A DNA stretch of 29,707 nt. It comes from Archangium sp. (lineage in GTDB: Bacteria; Myxococcota; Myxococcia; Myxococcales; Myxococcaceae). Positions 17,887 to 27,397 of the stretch are shown here, in pieces. The stretch is taken from positions 1-29,707 of the forward strand of contig JANLPS010000468.1 in the NCBI GenBank assembly GCA_031367385.1, read 5' to 3'. Each line of letters begins with the position of its first letter. The first letter of the stretch is position 1. The translations under genes were made by a program, and so were the position numbers. Under the pieces are notes generated by a model. The model was not told the origin of the DNA, made no database searches, and was given only the letters and a program-made list of their open reading frames with translations.

Positions 17887-20727
17887 TTGCAGAATCGAAA
17901 ACTCACAGTGTTTGCGGTGCTTTCGCTCGCGACGCTCCGGTGCGTCGGCATCGTGGGCGACGGTGGTGGCGGCAGTGATGGCGGCCTCAAGCCCGACGCC
18001 GGAGTCACCACCCGAGACTCGGGCCGTGAAGCCGACGACGCCGGTCTCGAGCTCCGCGACGCTGGCAACGCCCCGAGTGATGCCGGCAGTGACCCGAATG
18101 ACAGTGGCACCGACACCGATGCAGGCACCGAGGTCACTGATTCAGGCACCGCGCCCGACGCCGGCGTCTCACCGGTCGATGCGGGTGCCGTTGGTTCCTT
18201 CACCAGTGACGCGGGGGCCCCCGACGGCGGCATTCTCAACGCCTACTACGCCTACCCAGCGTGGAAATTGTGGGCGCTCGACCCGGCCGCGGTTCATTAC
18301 TCCGGCTTCAACCTCGGCGACTCGACGCTCCACCAGGCCGATTTCATGGCCACCCTCGAGGCCGACCGCCTCTTTCCCGACCCCACGGTCAACACCTACC
18401 CCGCGCCGTTTCTCGCGCTGGTCGCCTCTGCCACGCAGCCAGCCATCGCCGGTTTCTGGGACGATGCCTACGCCACGCGCGATGGAGCGCACACCGTGCT
18501 CGAGAACGGGTGGGGCGATGGGTCTGGCAACGGCATCAACCTCACCGGTCAGTACGTGCGGGTGCCCTTCGGTCAGTGCTCGAGCATCGATACCAAGCGT
18601 CTCGGCGTGAACTTCACCAGCGAGTCTTTCTCGTACAGCGGGCATCATCTGATCGGCAGCACGTACGCCGTCGGTGACACCGAGCGAAACTTCTCTTTCG
18701 CCAACACCGTGCGAGGCACCCCGGCCTACCTGTCGTACGCCGAGACCATCGCCGACCGCGGCATCGACTCGTACGACGCGTTGTATTCGCACTCGTTTCA
18801 GTCGGTCGGCCGCTCGAACAGCGAGACCGGAGCGCTCTTCAAAATGCTCGTCGCGGGTGGGTACCTGCCCCGAGCGACGAAAGACCTGCTCAAGCGGCAC
18901 GGCGCCTACGCGATGGTGTTGATCAACGTGTTTCGCCAGACCTTGCCGTACACCGAGGCCGACGGGCAGACGCTGCCGTTGGCGAGCGAGATGCTGCAGC
19001 GCCCCGCGTATTTTTCGAATGGCTCCAACACCTCGCAGGAGTTCGTGCCCCGAAACCAGAGTTACCACCAGTACAACGAGAGCCTTCACCTCTCGCGAAT
19101 GATCGAGATGACGAAGGCGATGACGGTCGCTCCGCCGATGGCGATCATTCGGGTGGTGGGCCTGACCGTCACCAAGGGCGGCACCACGCTGGTCGACAAC
19201 GCCACGACCGACGTGCGGTTGCATGGCGTCAACAAGACGATGGCCCGAATCTGGGGCAACGCGGGAGAAACCCTCTCGGTCTTGATCGACGTTGGCGGCT
19301 CGTATGACCTGCAGGGCTTACCGCTCAGCGCCTCGTGGCAGACGGTGTACCCGCAGCAGCACAACATCAGCATCGTTCACCAGGCAGGGCCGCTGTGGCG
19401 ACTCACCGTCACCCACGACCCGATGCTGCCCAAGGGCAGGTTGCCCGTCGCGTTGTTCGTCAACAACGGCCAGCGCAACAGCCCGCCCGCGTTCGTGAAC
19501 TTCTACTACCCCGAGCCAGGGCAGACCGACACGCCCAACTATGTCTCGGCGGCCAACCCCATTTCGACCGACGAGGTGCAGAAGAACCTGAGGCCGACGT
19601 TCGCCACCAGCCTGGCCACCGATTGGGTCAATCTCAAGCCCGGGGCCACCACCGCGTTCGATCTCTCCTGCACCGACAGCGAAGGGTTCGCGGTGAAGTA
19701 CTACCGGTGGTTGGGAGAGGTCGGCGCGCTCGGCGGCTCGCACTTCACCTACACCGCACCGAGCAAAGACCCCGGCCTCGTTCACCTGGTGCATCTCATC
19801 TGCTCCGACGGCACCGGTGGTACCTCGAGCACCCTGGTGCGCCTGGTGGTGACGCCTTCTGACGGCGCGCTGCCCAGCGGCTGGCTCAGCACGGTCTACG
19901 GAGAACCCGAGGCCTCAGGCCAGGCCAGTGAAAAGGACGGCGTCTTCGAGGTGGTTGGCAATGGGCCTGACCTCTACAACACCGATCACGGCCGCATCGT
20001 GTTTCAGACGATGAGCGGCGACATCGACTTCAGCGCCAAGGTGCTCGACTTGAGCGTCGATGGCAGCACCAACAACAGCTACGCCAAGGGCGGCGTGATG
20101 CTCCGCGAGAGCCTTGCCAGCGGCGCTCGGAGTGCGTTCGCCTTCGTTCAAGGGAACTCCGCGTCTGCGACGCCGCTCAGCGTGGGCGTGCAGATTCGCA
20201 ACGCGGCTGACTGGTTTCACGCAGGCCAGGCGCGCCCTGGCCCCGCCGGGCCGGCGTACGTCAAGGTCATGCGGCGCGGCAGCCTCTTGGCCGGGTTTCA
20301 ATCAGCCGACGGCGCCGTGTGGGAGCAGCTCTGGTCGACCGATGTGCCTGGCCCCAGCCCGACCATGGTCGCAGGCCTCGCGGTGCTGAGCGCCGACCAG
20401 TCGCGCGGCGATGAAATCAAGTACGCGCGGGGCTCGTTCGAGGTGCTCGCCGGCCCGCAGGTGTCCATCCCCCTGGCGACGCTGCAGGGTACGGCGGCCT
20501 ACAACTCGTACAATTTCACGACCAAGGCGACCATCACGCTGGTCGCGGCCGACGTGACCCACTCGATTCGGTACACCCTCGATGGCAGCACGCCCGGCCC
20601 CGGCTCGCCGCTCTATTCGGCGCCCTTCGACATCACCACCGCCGGGCCGACCGTGCTCAACGCCAAGGCCTTCGACGGCGCGACGCCTTCGCAGACGTTG
20701 CAGGTGAACCTCACCGTGACGCCCTGA
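17887..20727 (+). CDS. Large modular secreted/lipoprotein: DAG-repeat stalk, unknown central domain, ConA/DUF1349-like beta-sandwich, C-terminal Fn3-associated (CHB_HEX_C-like) domain
   Basis: MQNRKLTVFAVLSLATLRC signal-like N-terminus (TTG 17887; start uncertain) and many DAG/DSG tripeptides. Beta-sandwich: VFQTMSGDIDFSAKV...AKGGVMLRESL...FQSADGAVW. Tail: IRYTLDGSTP...LYSAPFDI. Confidence 0.8.
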   Translation: MQNRKLTVFAVLSLATLRCVGIVGDGGGGSDGGLKPDAGVTTRDSGREADDAGLELRDAGNAPSDAGSDPNDSGTDTDAGTEVTDSGTAPDAGVSPVDAGAVGSFTSDAGAPDGGILNAYYAYPAWKLWALDPAAVHYSGFNLGDSTLHQADFMATLEADRLFPDPTVNTYPAPFLALVASATQPAIAGFWDDAYATRDGAHTVLENGWGDGSGNGINLTGQYVRVPFGQCSSIDTKRLGVNFTSESFSYSGHHLIGSTYAVGDTERNFSFANTVRGTPAYLSYAETIADRGIDSYDALYSHSFQSVGRSNSETGALFKMLVAGGYLPRATKDLLKRHGAYAMVLINVFRQTLPYTEADGQTLPLASEMLQRPAYFSNGSNTSQEFVPRNQSYHQYNESLHLSRMIEMTKAMTVAPPMAIIRVVGLTVTKGGTTLVDNATTDVRLHGVNKTMARIWGNAGETLSVLIDVGGSYDLQGLPLSASWQTVYPQQHNISIVHQAGPLWRLTVTHDPMLPKGRLPVALFVNNGQRNSPPAFVNFYYPEPGQTDTPNYVSAANPISTDEVQKNLRPTFATSLATDWVNLKPGATTAFDLSCTDSEGFAVKYYRWLGEVGALGGSHFTYTAPSKDPGLVHLVHLICSDGTGGTSSTLVRLVVTPSDGALPSGWLSTVYGEPEASGQASEKDGVFEVVGNGPDLYNTDHGRIVFQTMSGDIDFSAKVLDLSVDGSTNNSYAKGGVMLRESLASGARSAFAFVQGNSASATPLSVGVQIRNAADWFHAGQARPGPAGPAYVKVMRRGSLLAGFQSADGAVWEQLWSTDVPGPSPTMVAGLAVLSADQSRGDEIKYARGSFEVLAGPQVSIPLATLQGTAAYNSYNFTTKATITLVAADVTHSIRYTLDGSTPGPGSPLYSAPFDITTAGPTVLNAKAFDGATPSQTLQVNLTVTP

Positions 20728-20756
20728 CAGCCGCTTCTGTAGGGTAGGGTCTGGCG

Positions 20757-21401
20757 ATGCCTGACCTGTTTCGTGTCGAAGTCACCGAGCTGACGAAGAT
20801 CTCGTCGCTCGAAGCCCTGGCGGCTCAGAAGTCGCTCTTTCACTACATCAGCGCGTTCTACCGAAACGTCGGCGAGCTCGATGGCAACGTACCCGAGGGC
20901 CCGAGCTCAGCCAAGGGCCTCGACGGCCTGCTCGGGCCGATGGTCGAGCACGTTCGCCTCGGGGGCTCGTGTGAAACCACCGCCAACCACACGTGGAATG
21001 CGTTCATGACCGCCCTGGTGAAGAACCTGGCCGCGCCTGAGACCGCGAGCAGCCCGCTGCCGATCAGCAACGTCACCATCAAGGTCGAAGAGCTCGCCGC
21101 CAACGCCGGCCTGCCTCGAGAGATCTCTGGAGCCTCGTCGCTGTTCGCCTCGTTGTTGGCGCTCGGTCAGGGCCGCAACCCGATTCGCGACCACTTTGGC
21201 GATGCGGTGCTGACGCCGTCGAAAGACTTCCTCCGGGGTGGCGCGCCGTTCGTCATCACGGGCAACTTCGGCAAGGCCCGAAACTTCACCAACGCCCAGG
21301 GTGAAAAGCGCAAGCGCACCGAGGTCAGCGCTTGGGTCTATTCGAAGTGGGTGCCCCACCTCTCCCTCGGCAAAGGGTGGAACGTCGAGGTTACGCTCTA
21401 A
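20757..21401 (+). CDS. Hypothetical protein
   Basis: 214-aa ORF with host-like codon bias filling the gap between neighbours; no family recognised. Confidence 0.7.
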   Translation: MPDLFRVEVTELTKISSLEALAAQKSLFHYISAFYRNVGELDGNVPEGPSSAKGLDGLLGPMVEHVRLGGSCETTANHTWNAFMTALVKNLAAPETASSPLPISNVTIKVEELAANAGLPREISGASSLFASLLALGQGRNPIRDHFGDAVLTPSKDFLRGGAPFVITGNFGKARNFTNAQGEKRKRTEVSAWVYSKWVPHLSLGKGWNVEVTL

Positions 21402-21441
21402 GAGCGAGGCCATTCGGGCCCGCGTGCGCTATGACCGCGGC

Positions 21442-23541
21442 ATGCTTTTGCGACTGAGGTGGGTGCCCATCGCCTGTGCGGCCCTCGCGTGTTCGGGTGG
21501 CCGAGACAAGCTGATCGCCGATCTCCAGAGCAACCGGCCCGATGAGCGCGCGGTGGCGGTCAAGAAGCTCTCGGCCCGCTTCGACCCCGACGACCTGGGC
21601 TTGTTCACCCAGGCGGCGCGAGACCCGGTGGCGATCGTTCGTGCCGAGGCGGTGACCGCGCTGGGCAAGAGCAACGACGCGCGGGTGGTCGACTTGCTCG
21701 GCGAAGCGCTCGGAGACCCTGATGAAGACGTGCAGGCCCGCGCCGCCGTGGCCCTGGCCGATATTCGCAGCGACAAGGCACGCTCGTATCTGACCCTGCA
21801 ATATGGCCGGCGGGGCAGGGCGACCCGGTTCGTGATCGTTCAGGCCTTGAAGAACGCCAATGTGCCCGGTGCGATGGCAGGCGTCGTCGCCGCCGAAGCC
21901 AGCACCATCTGGGATCGAAACCTTCAGGCCCTCACCCAGGGCTCGTTGCCCGAGCGGGTCGGCGCGGCCGAGGAGCTGGGCAAGTCGGGGCGGGCCGAGG
22001 CGGTGAACCGGTTGGCACCCCTTCTCAAAGACACGCAGATCGTGCTGGCCGCTGCGGCCGCGCGAGGCCTGGGCTACGCGGGAGACCCTCGGGCGGCTCC
22101 AGCCCTATCGGCGTTGCTCGATGAGAACTACCCCGAGCTTCGCGAGGCGGCGTGCGAGGCCCTGGCCCGGCTCAAAGACCCATCGGCGTTGAACCGGTTG
22201 GCCGCGGTCGCGCATGAGCACAGCCCTTCGAGCGCGTTGGCTGCCACCGCGATCGTCGCGCTGCCCGCATCGCCCGAGACCGACAAGGCGCTGTGTGAGA
22301 TCGCGTTGTCTGGAGCTGGCCCCGAGGTGGCGACCGCCGCGCATGAGATGCGCAAACGCAAAGGGTGCCCGATCGAGCCCATCGCCGAGAAGTTGAAGAG
22401 CCAGAGCACCACCAACGCCGCCTTGAGCGCGATCATCGGGCTGGGCCCCACGGTGAAAGAGCTCGGGTCGAAGGTCGTGCCTTCGCTGACGTCGAGCGAC
22501 GCGACGACTCGCAAGTTGGCGGTCGAGGCGCTCACCGAGCTGGGAGACCCTTCGGCGGCCGCTCCGATTCTGAAGGCCTATGAGGCCGAGGTGAAGGCGC
22601 TCGAGCCGATGCGCGCCGATTGGGTGCCCGCAGAGCTGCCGCTCAAGTACGGCGCGGGCTTCGACCCGGCAGTGGCTCCGAGTGATGACGACCCGGCGGT
22701 GCGGGTGCGCGCCAAGACGAGTGAATTGCTGAAGAAAGTGAATGCGTTGCAAGACAAGCATCTGCGCGAGGCGGGCAAGTCGGTGCTCCAGGCGCGGCCT
22801 CCCAAGGAGCTGGTTGACGACGTGGGTGATGAGCAACTCAAGGTGCTGGCGTCGCTGATTCGGGCGCTCGGGCAGCTGAAGGTCGATGGCGCGCGAGAGC
22901 GCCTCGAGCCGTGGTTGCGTGAGTCGAGCCCCTTGATGCGAGCGGCGGCCTCGGCGGCCCTGGCGAACCTGGGCGGCGACGCGTTGGCGCTGGCGAGCCC
23001 GGGGTTGTACGACGCCGAGCGACAGGTGCAGTCAGCGGCTGCGCAGGCGCTCGGTGAAGCGGGGCCAGCGGGGCAGGCCCTGGTGCTCGACGCGATTCGG
23101 CAGTTGACCGGAGATCGCTCGCGCTTGCTCGAGGGGTTGCGCGGGCAGGCCTTGGCCGCAACCGCGGTGCCGGTGTTGCTCGACCTGGTCAAAGAGGGCG
23201 GTGCCGACGCGGCCATTTCGGCGTCGTTGCTGGGCAACATCGCGTCTGCGACGGCGGTTGCTCCGTTGTTGGCGATGCTCGACGATCAGACGACGGTGGC
23301 ACGGCGTGATGTGTTGCTTGCGTTGGGCAAGCTCAAAGACCCCAAGGCTGCAGATGGGGTGGGGCATGATTTGTACAGTGACAGCGCCGACGTTCGCGCC
23401 GCGGCCGCCGAGGCCTTGGCCACGTTGGGGTTGGGCTCGAATGCCGAAGCGCTCGATGCGCTGAAGGGCGATTACTCCGTGCACGTTCGTGAAGCCGCGC
23501 AGTCGACGTTGAGCCACCTGAGCCCGGGAGACAAGCGCTGA
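21442..23541 (+). CDS. HEAT-repeat lipoprotein
   Basis: MLLRLRWVPIACAALAC lipobox. Many HEAT units: VRAEAVTALG, VQARAAVALA, LREAACEALARL, TRKLAVEALTELG, VRAAAAEALATLG. Confidence 0.88.
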   Translation: MLLRLRWVPIACAALACSGGRDKLIADLQSNRPDERAVAVKKLSARFDPDDLGLFTQAARDPVAIVRAEAVTALGKSNDARVVDLLGEALGDPDEDVQARAAVALADIRSDKARSYLTLQYGRRGRATRFVIVQALKNANVPGAMAGVVAAEASTIWDRNLQALTQGSLPERVGAAEELGKSGRAEAVNRLAPLLKDTQIVLAAAAARGLGYAGDPRAAPALSALLDENYPELREAACEALARLKDPSALNRLAAVAHEHSPSSALAATAIVALPASPETDKALCEIALSGAGPEVATAAHEMRKRKGCPIEPIAEKLKSQSTTNAALSAIIGLGPTVKELGSKVVPSLTSSDATTRKLAVEALTELGDPSAAAPILKAYEAEVKALEPMRADWVPAELPLKYGAGFDPAVAPSDDDPAVRVRAKTSELLKKVNALQDKHLREAGKSVLQARPPKELVDDVGDEQLKVLASLIRALGQLKVDGARERLEPWLRESSPLMRAAASAALANLGGDALALASPGLYDAERQVQSAAAQALGEAGPAGQALVLDAIRQLTGDRSRLLEGLRGQALAATAVPVLLDLVKEGGADAAISASLLGNIASATAVAPLLAMLDDQTTVARRDVLLALGKLKDPKAADGVGHDLYSDSADVRAAAAEALATLGLGSNAEALDALKGDYSVHVREAAQSTLSHLSPGDKR

Positions 23542-25871
23542 TGGACCCTCGGGAGATCAAGGAGAAGGCGACTGCGCTGTTCAGCAAGGGCAAGTTCGCC
23601 AAGTCGGCGGAGGCCTTCGAGGAGTACTGCAAGGCGGCCGAGAGCGACGTGCAGGCCCGGTTGCGAATGGGCGACGCGTGGGCCAAGGCCGGGAAGAAAG
23701 ATCGGGCGGTCAGCGCGTATCAGCGGGCGGCCGAGGGCTTCGCGAAAGAGGGGTTTCTGCCGCGGGCGATCGCCGCGAGTAAGTTGATTCTCGAGCTCGA
23801 CCCGGCGCATCAAGGCGTGCAGAAGATGTTGGCTGATTTGTACGCCCGCAAATCAGTGAACTCACGGCCGGCTTCGGGGCCGAAGGGGGCACCGGCAGCA
23901 TTCGTGGCCCCGGTGAAAGAGGCGCCGCAGGCGTACCGCTCGAGCGCGGCTGAGATCGAACTTGAGCCTGAACCCGCGCCAGCGGCCGCACCGCCGAGCG
24001 GCGGAGTTCAAGGGACGGCGCCGGAGTTTGCGAACCGGGCTGACGCGATCGAGATCGAAGCAGAGCCTGACGAGGCGCCACGGCCCGCTGCGGCAGTCGC
24101 GCGCGCGGCGGCGCCATTGCCGCCGCCACCGCCGATCGAAGTGCCCGCGTGGGAGCTGCCCCCGATGGCGCCGATTGAGATCGAGGTCGACGACGGTGCG
24201 GACGACCAAGTCGAGATTGATCTGAGTAGCGCTGAAGTTGAAGTGCCGATCATCGAGGGTGAAGCCGCCGCCGCGCCCAACCGTGCCGAGGCGCCCGCCG
24301 CCGCGCGAACTGAGCCACCCGCCGCGGTACGGGCTGATGCACCCGCCGCGGTACGTGTTGATGAACCCACCTCTGTTCGTGCTGAGGGACTCGAAGCACC
24401 GAAGTCACCCGCGGCACCGGTCCGCGGTGAGGCGCTCGCCTCCGTTCGTGCCGAGGCGACCATCTCGGCACGTGCTGAGGCACTCGACGCACCGAAGTCA
24501 CCCGCGGCACCGGTCCGCGCTGAGGCGACCGCCGCAGTTCGTGCCGAGCCGCCGGCCGTGTCGGCTGATCCGCCAGCTGCCGTGCGTGCTGACACTGATA
24601 CCGCGGTGCGTGCTGAGCCGCCGGTTGTCTCCGCTGAACCGGCCGCTGCCGTGCATGCCAACCCGCCGGCCGTTGGTGCCGAGGCGCTCGACGCGTCAGT
24701 TCGCCCGCCTCGTCTCGAAGCGCCCAAGCCACCCGCGTCGGCCCCCCCGGGCCTGTCCCCGCGCAAATCCAACGCCCCCCCTCCCGCACCAATCCGATCC
24801 CGCCCCTCGGGCACTCAGACTGAGCTTGAGCGCAGCCTCGAAGCCTTCTCCCAGATCGACGACGTCGATGCCCCGACGGCCCCGGTCGCGGCGAGCCCCT
24901 CGCTCGCAGCGTTCACCGAGCTCGAGCTCGAAGGCGACTCCTTCCTCCAAGCGGTCGAAGCCGCGGCGGGCACTCCGTTCGCCTCTTCACCCAGCGTCAC
25001 CCTCTCGACCGAAGAAGCAATGGAGGCCCTCGACGACCCGAAGCTCGAACCGGGGGCCCTGCCCAAGATCCCGCTCTTTTCAGATCTCCCCGCCGAAGCC
25101 TTCATCGCGCTCTTCGAGAAGTGCCCTCTGCGCCGCGCCGAACCCGGAGATCTCCTCATCGAGCAGGGCTCGCAGGGTGACAGCTTCTTCGTCATCTGCT
25201 CAGGCTCCGCAAAAGTTTTTCGCACCGACGACGGCACCCGCCGCGAGCTGGCAGCCCTCGACGAAGGCGCATTCTTTGGCGAAATGGCGCTGCTCTCTGA
25301 CTCGCCGCGCACGGCCTCGGTCGAAGCCGCCGCCGAAGACACCCAATTACTCGAGATCCCCGCTGCGGTGCTCACCGAGCTCTCGCGCGAGCACCCGACC
25401 ATTGCCACCGCGCTCAAGAAGTTCTGCCGCCAACGCCTGCTCTCGAACCTGATGAACGGCGCGACGCTCTTCAAACCGTTCACCAAGTCAGAGCGACGAG
25501 ACCTGGTGCAGAAATTTCGTGCGCGCGACGTCATTCGCGGCGAAACCCTCATTCGCGAGGGCCAGCGCAGCGATGGCCTCTACGTCATTCTCACCGGCGA
25601 GGTCGGAGTTCGCGTGCAGGGCACCGCCGTCGCCACGCTCAAAGAGGGTGACGTCTTCGGTGAAATGTCGTTGCTCACCCGCACCGCCGCGACCGCGACG
25701 GTCGAGACCACCAAGAAGACCTCGTTGCTGCGCTTGCCGCGCGAAGACTTCGACGCGATCATCATGAGCCACCCGCAGATTCTCGAGCTGGTGGCCGAGC
25801 TGACCGACGCGCGAACGCGAAAGAACGCAGAGCTCGTCAAGAAGAAGGCCAGCGCGCAGTCACTGGTCTAG
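23541..25871 (+). CDS. TPR - Pro/Ala-rich linker - tandem cyclic-nucleotide-binding domain protein
   Basis: N-terminal TPRs (RLRMGDAWAKAG...GFLPRAIAASKLILELDP). cNMP1: IPLFSDL...FFGEMALLSDSPRTASV. cNMP2: VFGEMSLLTRTAATATV. TGATG overlap with the HEAT gene. Confidence 0.9.
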   Translation: MDPREIKEKATALFSKGKFAKSAEAFEEYCKAAESDVQARLRMGDAWAKAGKKDRAVSAYQRAAEGFAKEGFLPRAIAASKLILELDPAHQGVQKMLADLYARKSVNSRPASGPKGAPAAFVAPVKEAPQAYRSSAAEIELEPEPAPAAAPPSGGVQGTAPEFANRADAIEIEAEPDEAPRPAAAVARAAAPLPPPPPIEVPAWELPPMAPIEIEVDDGADDQVEIDLSSAEVEVPIIEGEAAAAPNRAEAPAAARTEPPAAVRADAPAAVRVDEPTSVRAEGLEAPKSPAAPVRGEALASVRAEATISARAEALDAPKSPAAPVRAEATAAVRAEPPAVSADPPAAVRADTDTAVRAEPPVVSAEPAAAVHANPPAVGAEALDASVRPPRLEAPKPPASAPPGLSPRKSNAPPPAPIRSRPSGTQTELERSLEAFSQIDDVDAPTAPVAASPSLAAFTELELEGDSFLQAVEAAAGTPFASSPSVTLSTEEAMEALDDPKLEPGALPKIPLFSDLPAEAFIALFEKCPLRRAEPGDLLIEQGSQGDSFFVICSGSAKVFRTDDGTRRELAALDEGAFFGEMALLSDSPRTASVEAAAEDTQLLEIPAAVLTELSREHPTIATALKKFCRQRLLSNLMNGATLFKPFTKSERRDLVQKFRARDVIRGETLIREGQRSDGLYVILTGEVGVRVQGTAVATLKEGDVFGEMSLLTRTAATATVETTKKTSLLRLPREDFDAIIMSHPQILELVAELTDARTRKNAELVKKKASAQSLV
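24265..24710 (+). repeat. Degenerate ~24-bp coding repeat (AAVRAEPP-like) in the linker
   Basis: Recurring xVR(A/G)(E/D) units. A 31-bp identical copy GCACCGAAGTCACCCGCGGCACCGGTCCGCG occurs at 24396 and 24489. Confidence 0.8.
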
Positions 25872-25875
25872 CCGC

Positions 25876-26688
25876 TCACTCCGGGCGGTGGAGCTTCTGC
25901 AGGTACTCCTCGCGAGAGATCAGCCCCGACTCGATCAACAGCTCAAGCAGGCCCCGCAGCGCGCGCACCTGGCTCGAGTTCACCGTCTCGAGTGAATCGA
26001 CCTTCTCGCGCAGCGAAGCGACCTCTCTTCGCAGCGCCAGCTCAATCTCGTTCGCCGCGGGTCTCGGCGGTGTCAACGACGGAGGTCTCGGCGGCACTTC
26101 GCCCAGCAATTCGTCGAGCTCGTAGCTCATCTGGTCGACACCGGGCGCCGGTGCTGAAGGCGTCGCGGCGGCGACCGACGGTGGGGGTGGGGGAGGCGGC
26201 CGAATCGCCATCATCGACCCCGATGGAAACTCGCCGAAATAGTACCGGCGAATCGCGCGATCGATCGACGAGGCGGGGGCCACCGTCGGCGTGATCAGCA
26301 GGTTCGTCGCCAGCGCCAGCGCCCGCAGCGCCTCGGCGTTGGTCGGGTCTGACGTCGCCACGCTCAAGGCCTGATTCGCCTTGTCGACTTTGATGGGAAA
26401 CACGCCGTAGCGCTCGGCCAGGTCGAGCCGCAAGTGCCCCACGATGCCCTCAGGCAGCTGCGCCGAGTCGAGGTCGATGGTCGGCAGTGACAGCTGGCCG
26501 GCCAACACCTTCACCATCGTCTCTTCGGTGGTGAACCCGAGCTCGACGACGGTGCGCCCGAGCCGCCCGCCCCATTTGCGTTGCTCGGTCAGGGCTGCTT
26601 TCAGTTGAGCGTCGCTGATCAACCCTGCTTCAACGAGCAAGTCGCCAAGCCGTCGGCGTTTCGCAGCAGCGGAGGACGCGGGTGCCAC
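25876..26688 (-). CDS. Stand-alone MshEN (GspE N-terminal) domain protein, putative c-di-GMP receptor
   Basis: RLGDLLVEAGLISDAQLKAALTEQ followed by RLGRTVVELGFTTEETMVKVLAGQ, then VATSDPTN and IDRAIRRYY. Pro linker and coiled-coil tail, with no ATPase domain. Start is GTG 26688 or 26697. Confidence 0.88.
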   Translation of the reverse strand: MAPASSAAAKRRRLGDLLVEAGLISDAQLKAALTEQRKWGGRLGRTVVELGFTTEETMVKVLAGQLSLPTIDLDSAQLPEGIVGHLRLDLAERYGVFPIKVDKANQALSVATSDPTNAEALRALALATNLLITPTVAPASSIDRAIRRYYFGEFPSGSMMAIRPPPPPPPSVAAATPSAPAPGVDQMSYELDELLGEVPPRPPSLTPPRPAANEIELALRREVASLREKVDSLETVNSSQVRALRGLLELLIESGLISREEYLQKLHRPE

Positions 26689-26773
26689 GGCACGCACCGT
26701 ATCAACGCGCCGCGCGGCCCGGCAAAGTTATGACGGCACTGCATGGCGCCAGAGGCAGGGTACATTTCACTCC

Positions 26774-27397
26774 ATGGCCGCATCTCACCGACCGACCGCT
26801 GTGGCAGGGCTCCTCGGCGTGGCATTGAACCTGGTCGCTGTGCTCGCGCTGCGCCCAGTGCCCGACACCTACGCTCCCGGAAACGTGCCGGCGTGGTTGG
26901 CCGAGGCGCGCGCCGCGCCAGTGAACATCGCCATCTCGGGGAGCGCCTTCACGATTGGCCTGGTCGCCCTGGCCGCGTTCATGGCGGGGCTGGCCTTTCG
27001 CGGTGCGACCCGTCAGAGCTGGTGGGTCATCGGCGCCTCGCTGTGCGGTGCGGGTGCACTGCTCGACGCCGCGGGCACGATGGCTCCGGTGGCGGCGCTT
27101 CACACGAGCAACGAGGTCGGCATCGGCTTGCTCTGGCTGACCCTGGTGCTCGACTCGAGCTTCAACGCGTTGCTGGGGTTCGGGTTGATCTGCATCTCGG
27201 TCGCGCAGATCGCCGATGACGGGTGGCCCAAGCCGTTGCGGTGGTTGGCGCTGGCGGCGGGCATCGCGAGCGCTCCGGTGTGCTTGCAGTTCATCAGCGA
27301 CACCTTCGCCAAATTGCTCTTCTACGCGGCGCCCCTCTGGGTGACCTGGGTGGTGTGGACCTGCGTGGTCTTGCTGCGGCCGCAGGTGCGCCGGTGA
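26774..27397 (+). CDS. Integral membrane protein (about 6 TM), function unknown
   Basis: Multiple hydrophobic segments and a GTGA overlap with the next gene. Confidence 0.75.
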   Translation: MAASHRPTAVAGLLGVALNLVAVLALRPVPDTYAPGNVPAWLAEARAAPVNIAISGSAFTIGLVALAAFMAGLAFRGATRQSWWVIGASLCGAGALLDAAGTMAPVAALHTSNEVGIGLLWLTLVLDSSFNALLGFGLICISVAQIADDGWPKPLRWLALAAGIASAPVCLQFISDTFAKLLFYAAPLWVTWVVWTCVVLLRPQVRR

